Source: Candidatus Velesiimonas alkalicola
GTDB taxonomy: Bacteria; Omnitrophota; Gorgyraeia; Velesiimonadales; Velesiimonadaceae
Length of the DNA: 64,000 nt
Direction: 5' to 3'
NCBI GenBank assembly: GCA_013626165.1
Contig: NDHX01000004.1
Span: 64,565-128,564 of the forward strand
Position numbers and translations under genes: made by a program. The notes beneath the pieces are model-generated. The model did no database searches and had not been told where the DNA came from. It saw only the letters and a list, made by a program, of their open reading frames with translations. Of the stretch, positions 60,787-64,000 are shown in pieces (the first letter of the stretch is position 1; every line of letters starts with the position of its first letter).

Positions 60787-61020
60787 GTGGGAGAAAAGAT
60801 ATTACGAGAATTGAAACCAAAGGAGTCAGGTAAGGTAAAAAAGATCTATGGCGAGGGAGTGCTTCATAAGAGGCTTCTGGATATGGGTATCGTTAAAGGC
60901 ACAACAATAGAAGTTACTAAGGTTGCCCCCTTAGGTGATCCTATAGATATAAAGATAAGGGGATATCATTTATCCTTGCGAAAAGAAGAAGCGGCTCAAA
61001 TTTCTGTGGAGGTAGATTAA
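60787..61020 (+). CDS. feoA: Ferrous iron transport protein A
   Basis: RLLDMGIVKG, APLGDPI, LSLRKEEA. Confidence 0.93.
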   Translation: MGEKILRELKPKESGKVKKIYGEGVLHKRLLDMGIVKGTTIEVTKVAPLGDPIDIKIRGYHLSLRKEEAAQISVEVD

Positions 61021-61022
61021 AT

Positions 61023-61247
61023 ATGCACAGGTTAACTCAGGCTAGAACGAACGTTAACTTGATATTCGCCTCTCTTGAAGGAGGACGGGGCGCCATGCAG
61101 CGGCTTACGGATATGGGATTGATTCCGGGAGAACGGTTAAGAGTGTTGCATAACTCTGGGTACGGTCCTGTTACTGTGCTTATAAAAGGAGCGAAGGTCG
61201 CCTTAGGGCATGGCCTGGCATCTAAAATTATAGTTAAGGAGGAATAA
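61023..61247 (+). CDS. feoA: Second FeoA-domain protein
   Basis: RLTDMGLIPG, GPV, ALGHGLASKI. Confidence 0.85.
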   Translation: MHRLTQARTNVNLIFASLEGGRGAMQRLTDMGLIPGERLRVLHNSGYGPVTVLIKGAKVALGHGLASKIIVKEE

Positions 61248-61250
61248 AAA

Positions 61251-63338
61251 ATGAGGAATAAAAAATTTACTATTGCACTTGCCGGTAATCCTAATTCTGG
61301 CAAATCGACAATCTTTAATAATTTAACCGGCGCGCATCAGCATGTTGGTAACTATCCGGGCGTAACTGTGGAAAAAAAAGAAGGAAAGCTGAATTTTCAA
61401 GATTATGAGATAAATGTCGTGGACCTTCCAGGTACGTATAGCTTGTCAGCTTATTCTGAGGACGAAATTGTAGCCAGGGATTTTATTATTAAGGAGAAAC
61501 CCGATGTAATCGTAGATATCGTTGATTCCTCCAACTTAGAAAGAAACCTTTACCTTGCCACACAGTTGATGGAATTAGAGATTCCCTTGGTTTTGGCAAT
61601 GAATATGAACGATATGGCAGAGAAAAAGGGTCAGGATGTGAATTATACAAAACTATCTGATTTGTTGGGGGTAGATATCGTTCCGACCGTCGGCAATAAG
61701 AATACAGGCACAAAGGAGCTTCTGGAGACCATTGTTAAGGTGTATGAAGGAAAAGTCAAAACAAAAGGAGTATATATCAACTATGGCCCGGAAATTCGTG
61801 AGGAGATGAATAAGTTAGAGCAGATAGTCAAAAAGGATAAAGCATTGATTGAACAATACCCGTGGCGTTGGCTCATTATTAAGATGTTGGAAAACGATTC
61901 GTCAGTCTTAAATATTGTCAGCAAATCTTCTATTGCTCAGGAAGCCATAGCCCAAAACGATAATAGCAGGCGTCACTTACAGTTACATTTCGCAGATTCT
62001 CCGGAGACCATAATAGCCGATAGACGCTACGGATTTATAAGCGGCGCATGCACTGAAGCATTAAAGCCATCGTCTATAGAAAAACGGCATGATTTATCAG
62101 ACAGAATAGATACGGTTATCTTAAACAGGATGGTAGGTATTCCTATTTTTGCTCTGGTTATGTATGCCATTTTCAAGTTTACTTTTACTTTTTCCGAACC
62201 GGTTGTTGGTTTGTTTGAAACATTCTTTGAAAAGGCTGGAGAATTTGCTGCCAAAGTTATCCCTGAAGGACTAACGCAATCTTTTGTCGTTGACGGACTA
62301 ATCGGCGGTCTTGGCGGTGTTTTAGGTTTTTTCCCATTGGTACTATTTATGTTCTTTGCCATAGCATTTTTTGAAGACACAGGTTATATGGCACGGGCGG
62401 CATTTGTTATGGATAAACTACTGAGTAAGTTTGGCCTTCACGGAAAGTCGTTTTTGCCGATGATGATATCAACAAACGGTTGCGCCGTGCCGGGTATCAT
62501 GGCATCCCGAACGCTTGATAATAAAAAAGATAGATTAATCACTATGATGGTTACGCCGTTTATGATCTGCGGGGCTAAACTTCCTGTATTTGCTTTGTTC
62601 ATTGGAGCATTCTTCGCTCCGGAACTTGGGGCTAATATGATGTTCTTGATGTATGCTTTAAGCGTTATGATCGCCTTTGGCTCGGCATGGGTGTTTAAGA
62701 AGTTTGTTTTTAAAGGTGAAACCTCGCACTTTGTCATGGAACTTCCGCCTTACCGCGTACCGACAATCCAGGGTTTATTATTAAAAATGTGGGAAAGAGG
62801 TTGGCTTTATATAAAAAAGGCCGGGACAATCCTACTCCTGGTTTCCATAATTCTTTGGGCTGGTTTTACTTTCCCGCAGATGGAACCTGAACAAGGGATG
62901 AGTGAGGAAGCGGCTGCTTCGGCTCAGATGGAGCAGAGTTATGCTGGTAGAACAGGCAAGTTTGTCGAGCCTGTTGTTAAGCCGTTGGGGTTGGATTGGC
63001 GGGGAGGTGTTGCGCTTATGGCAGGAGTTGTGGCAAAAGAGGTTGTAGTGGGCGCTATGGGGACAATCTATAGTTTAGGCGAGGTTGACCCGGAAGAAGC
63101 CGAGCCGTTGAGGGAAGCCTTGCAAAAAGATCCGACATGGAATCCATTGAACGCCCTGGCCTTCATGATGTTCTGCCTTATTTATCTGCCTTGTTTTGTC
63201 GCGATGGCTGTTTTTTACCGTGAATCAGGTTCTAGCTTAAAATGGACACTATTCTTGGTCTTTTGGACAACGGTTATGGCCTGGGGAGCTTCGTTTATTG
63301 TGTATCAGGGTGGAAGATTGTTGGGTTTTGGCGGATAA
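61251..63338 (+). CDS. feoB: Ferrous iron transporter B
   Basis: GNPNSGKST, VGNYPGVTVE, DLPGTYS, FVMELPPY, AKEVVV. Confidence 0.96.
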   Translation: MRNKKFTIALAGNPNSGKSTIFNNLTGAHQHVGNYPGVTVEKKEGKLNFQDYEINVVDLPGTYSLSAYSEDEIVARDFIIKEKPDVIVDIVDSSNLERNLYLATQLMELEIPLVLAMNMNDMAEKKGQDVNYTKLSDLLGVDIVPTVGNKNTGTKELLETIVKVYEGKVKTKGVYINYGPEIREEMNKLEQIVKKDKALIEQYPWRWLIIKMLENDSSVLNIVSKSSIAQEAIAQNDNSRRHLQLHFADSPETIIADRRYGFISGACTEALKPSSIEKRHDLSDRIDTVILNRMVGIPIFALVMYAIFKFTFTFSEPVVGLFETFFEKAGEFAAKVIPEGLTQSFVVDGLIGGLGGVLGFFPLVLFMFFAIAFFEDTGYMARAAFVMDKLLSKFGLHGKSFLPMMISTNGCAVPGIMASRTLDNKKDRLITMMVTPFMICGAKLPVFALFIGAFFAPELGANMMFLMYALSVMIAFGSAWVFKKFVFKGETSHFVMELPPYRVPTIQGLLLKMWERGWLYIKKAGTILLLVSIILWAGFTFPQMEPEQGMSEEAAASAQMEQSYAGRTGKFVEPVVKPLGLDWRGGVALMAGVVAKEVVVGAMGTIYSLGEVDPEEAEPLREALQKDPTWNPLNALAFMMFCLIYLPCFVAMAVFYRESGSSLKWTLFLVFWTTVMAWGASFIVYQGGRLLGFGG

Positions 63339-63339
63339 G

Positions 63340-63498
63340 ATGGAAAAGGTTATTGTGCTGGTAATGGTTTTCATAAGTATAGGGCTTCTTATATGGTATA
63401 TTGTCAGAACTTTTAAGGATAAAGGTTCATGTTGTGGCTGCGAAAGAGCTAACAATTGTGATAAGGCAAATATAGATGTTGAAAATGAAGATAGATAA
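63340..63498 (+). CDS. FeoB-associated Cys-rich membrane protein
   Basis: N-terminal TM helix then CCGC....C; ATG at 63340. Confidence 0.75.
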   Translation: MEKVIVLVMVFISIGLLIWYIVRTFKDKGSCCGCERANNCDKANIDVENEDR

Positions 63499-63524
63499 AG
63501 GTTAGGACGGGTTTAGGAGTAATC

Positions 63525-64000
63525 ATGTCACGTAAAATAGATTTTTCCATAAAAGGGATGACCTGTGAAGATTGTGCCGGGAAACTGGAGGGACACCTTA
63601 AGGGACTCGGCGGCATTGAGGAGGCATTAGTAAGCTTCACCCTTAGCAAGGCGGTCATAAAATATAACCCTGAGGTTATTGAACCAGTCACTATAAAACA
63701 CATCATTTCTTCTTATGGCTATACTGCCACATCTGCTGAAGGCAGCATTGGCGCTGCCTTTGAGCCCAGGCATATAGAGACGGTCCGCGTTGTTGCCGTT
63801 GGCCTGTTGCTTGCCTTTGCCTGGATTATGCCGAGGATGCTCCCGATGCCGGCTGTGTTGACCGACTCTGTGACGCTGCTGGCTATCATAGTTGGTGGCT
63901 ATTCCATTGCTTCAAAGGCGATAAAGGCCCTCCTTCAAAAGAGTCTCAACATTGATCTCCTGGTGATTATTGCGGCCTCAGCGGCTGTTGCCATAGGAGA
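63525..64000 (+). CDS. Heavy-metal (P1B) ATPase, 3' end outside window
   Basis: AGGAG RBS; MSRKIDFSIKGMTCEDCA HMA domain; GGYSIA and LNIDLLVIIAA TM segments. Confidence 0.85.
   Translation, partial: MSRKIDFSIKGMTCEDCAGKLEGHLKGLGGIEEALVSFTLSKAVIKYNPEVIEPVTIKHIISSYGYTATSAEGSIGAAFEPRHIETVRVVAVGLLLAFAWIMPRMLPMPAVLTDSVTLLAIIVGGYSIASKAIKALLQKSLNIDLLVIIAASAAVAIG

Noticed and set aside
60058-64000. Metal-uptake locus as an island integrated at tRNA-Thr
   Set aside because: It lies on the 5' side of the tRNA, the att-like duplicate is on the other side, and no integrase is visible; the higher GC near the end is not sufficient alone.

Overview
AT-rich chromosomal window from a diderm, probably anaerobic bacterium. 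BamD, LptE, LolCDE, superoxide reductase, NadX and a V-type ATPase subunit suggest a PVC/Omnitrophota-like lineage (inference only). Bases 1-42.4 kb are a + strand housekeeping run: MEP pathway, lysS, carAB, rtcB, uvrA/B, obgE, proBA, nadD, topA and a tRNA Pro-Arg-His cluster. Bases 42.4-48.7 kb are an accessory island. It starts with IS/MITE debris, followed by an integrase-less, integron-like cassette array. The array has one attI-like GTT site and three non-canonical attC-like hairpins. These delimit a DUF2281/PemK toxin-antitoxin cassette and two type II restriction-modification cassettes, and each cassette's two ends are complementary to each other. Bases 48.7-59.8 kb (- strand) hold a truncated queA, a glycosyltransferase/dTDP-rhamnose cluster, DUF1638, rlmN and tRNA-Thr. 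Bases 60-64 kb are a DtxR-feoAAB-P1B ATPase metal locus. Many intergenic gaps carry hairpin-forming 7/8-mer tandem repeats or MITE-like elements. Most strikingly, an orphan V-ATPase B gene is enclosed by two long inverted octamer arrays whose outer ends are perfectly complementary. No CRISPR array was seen. All family assignments come from motif recognition, not database searches.
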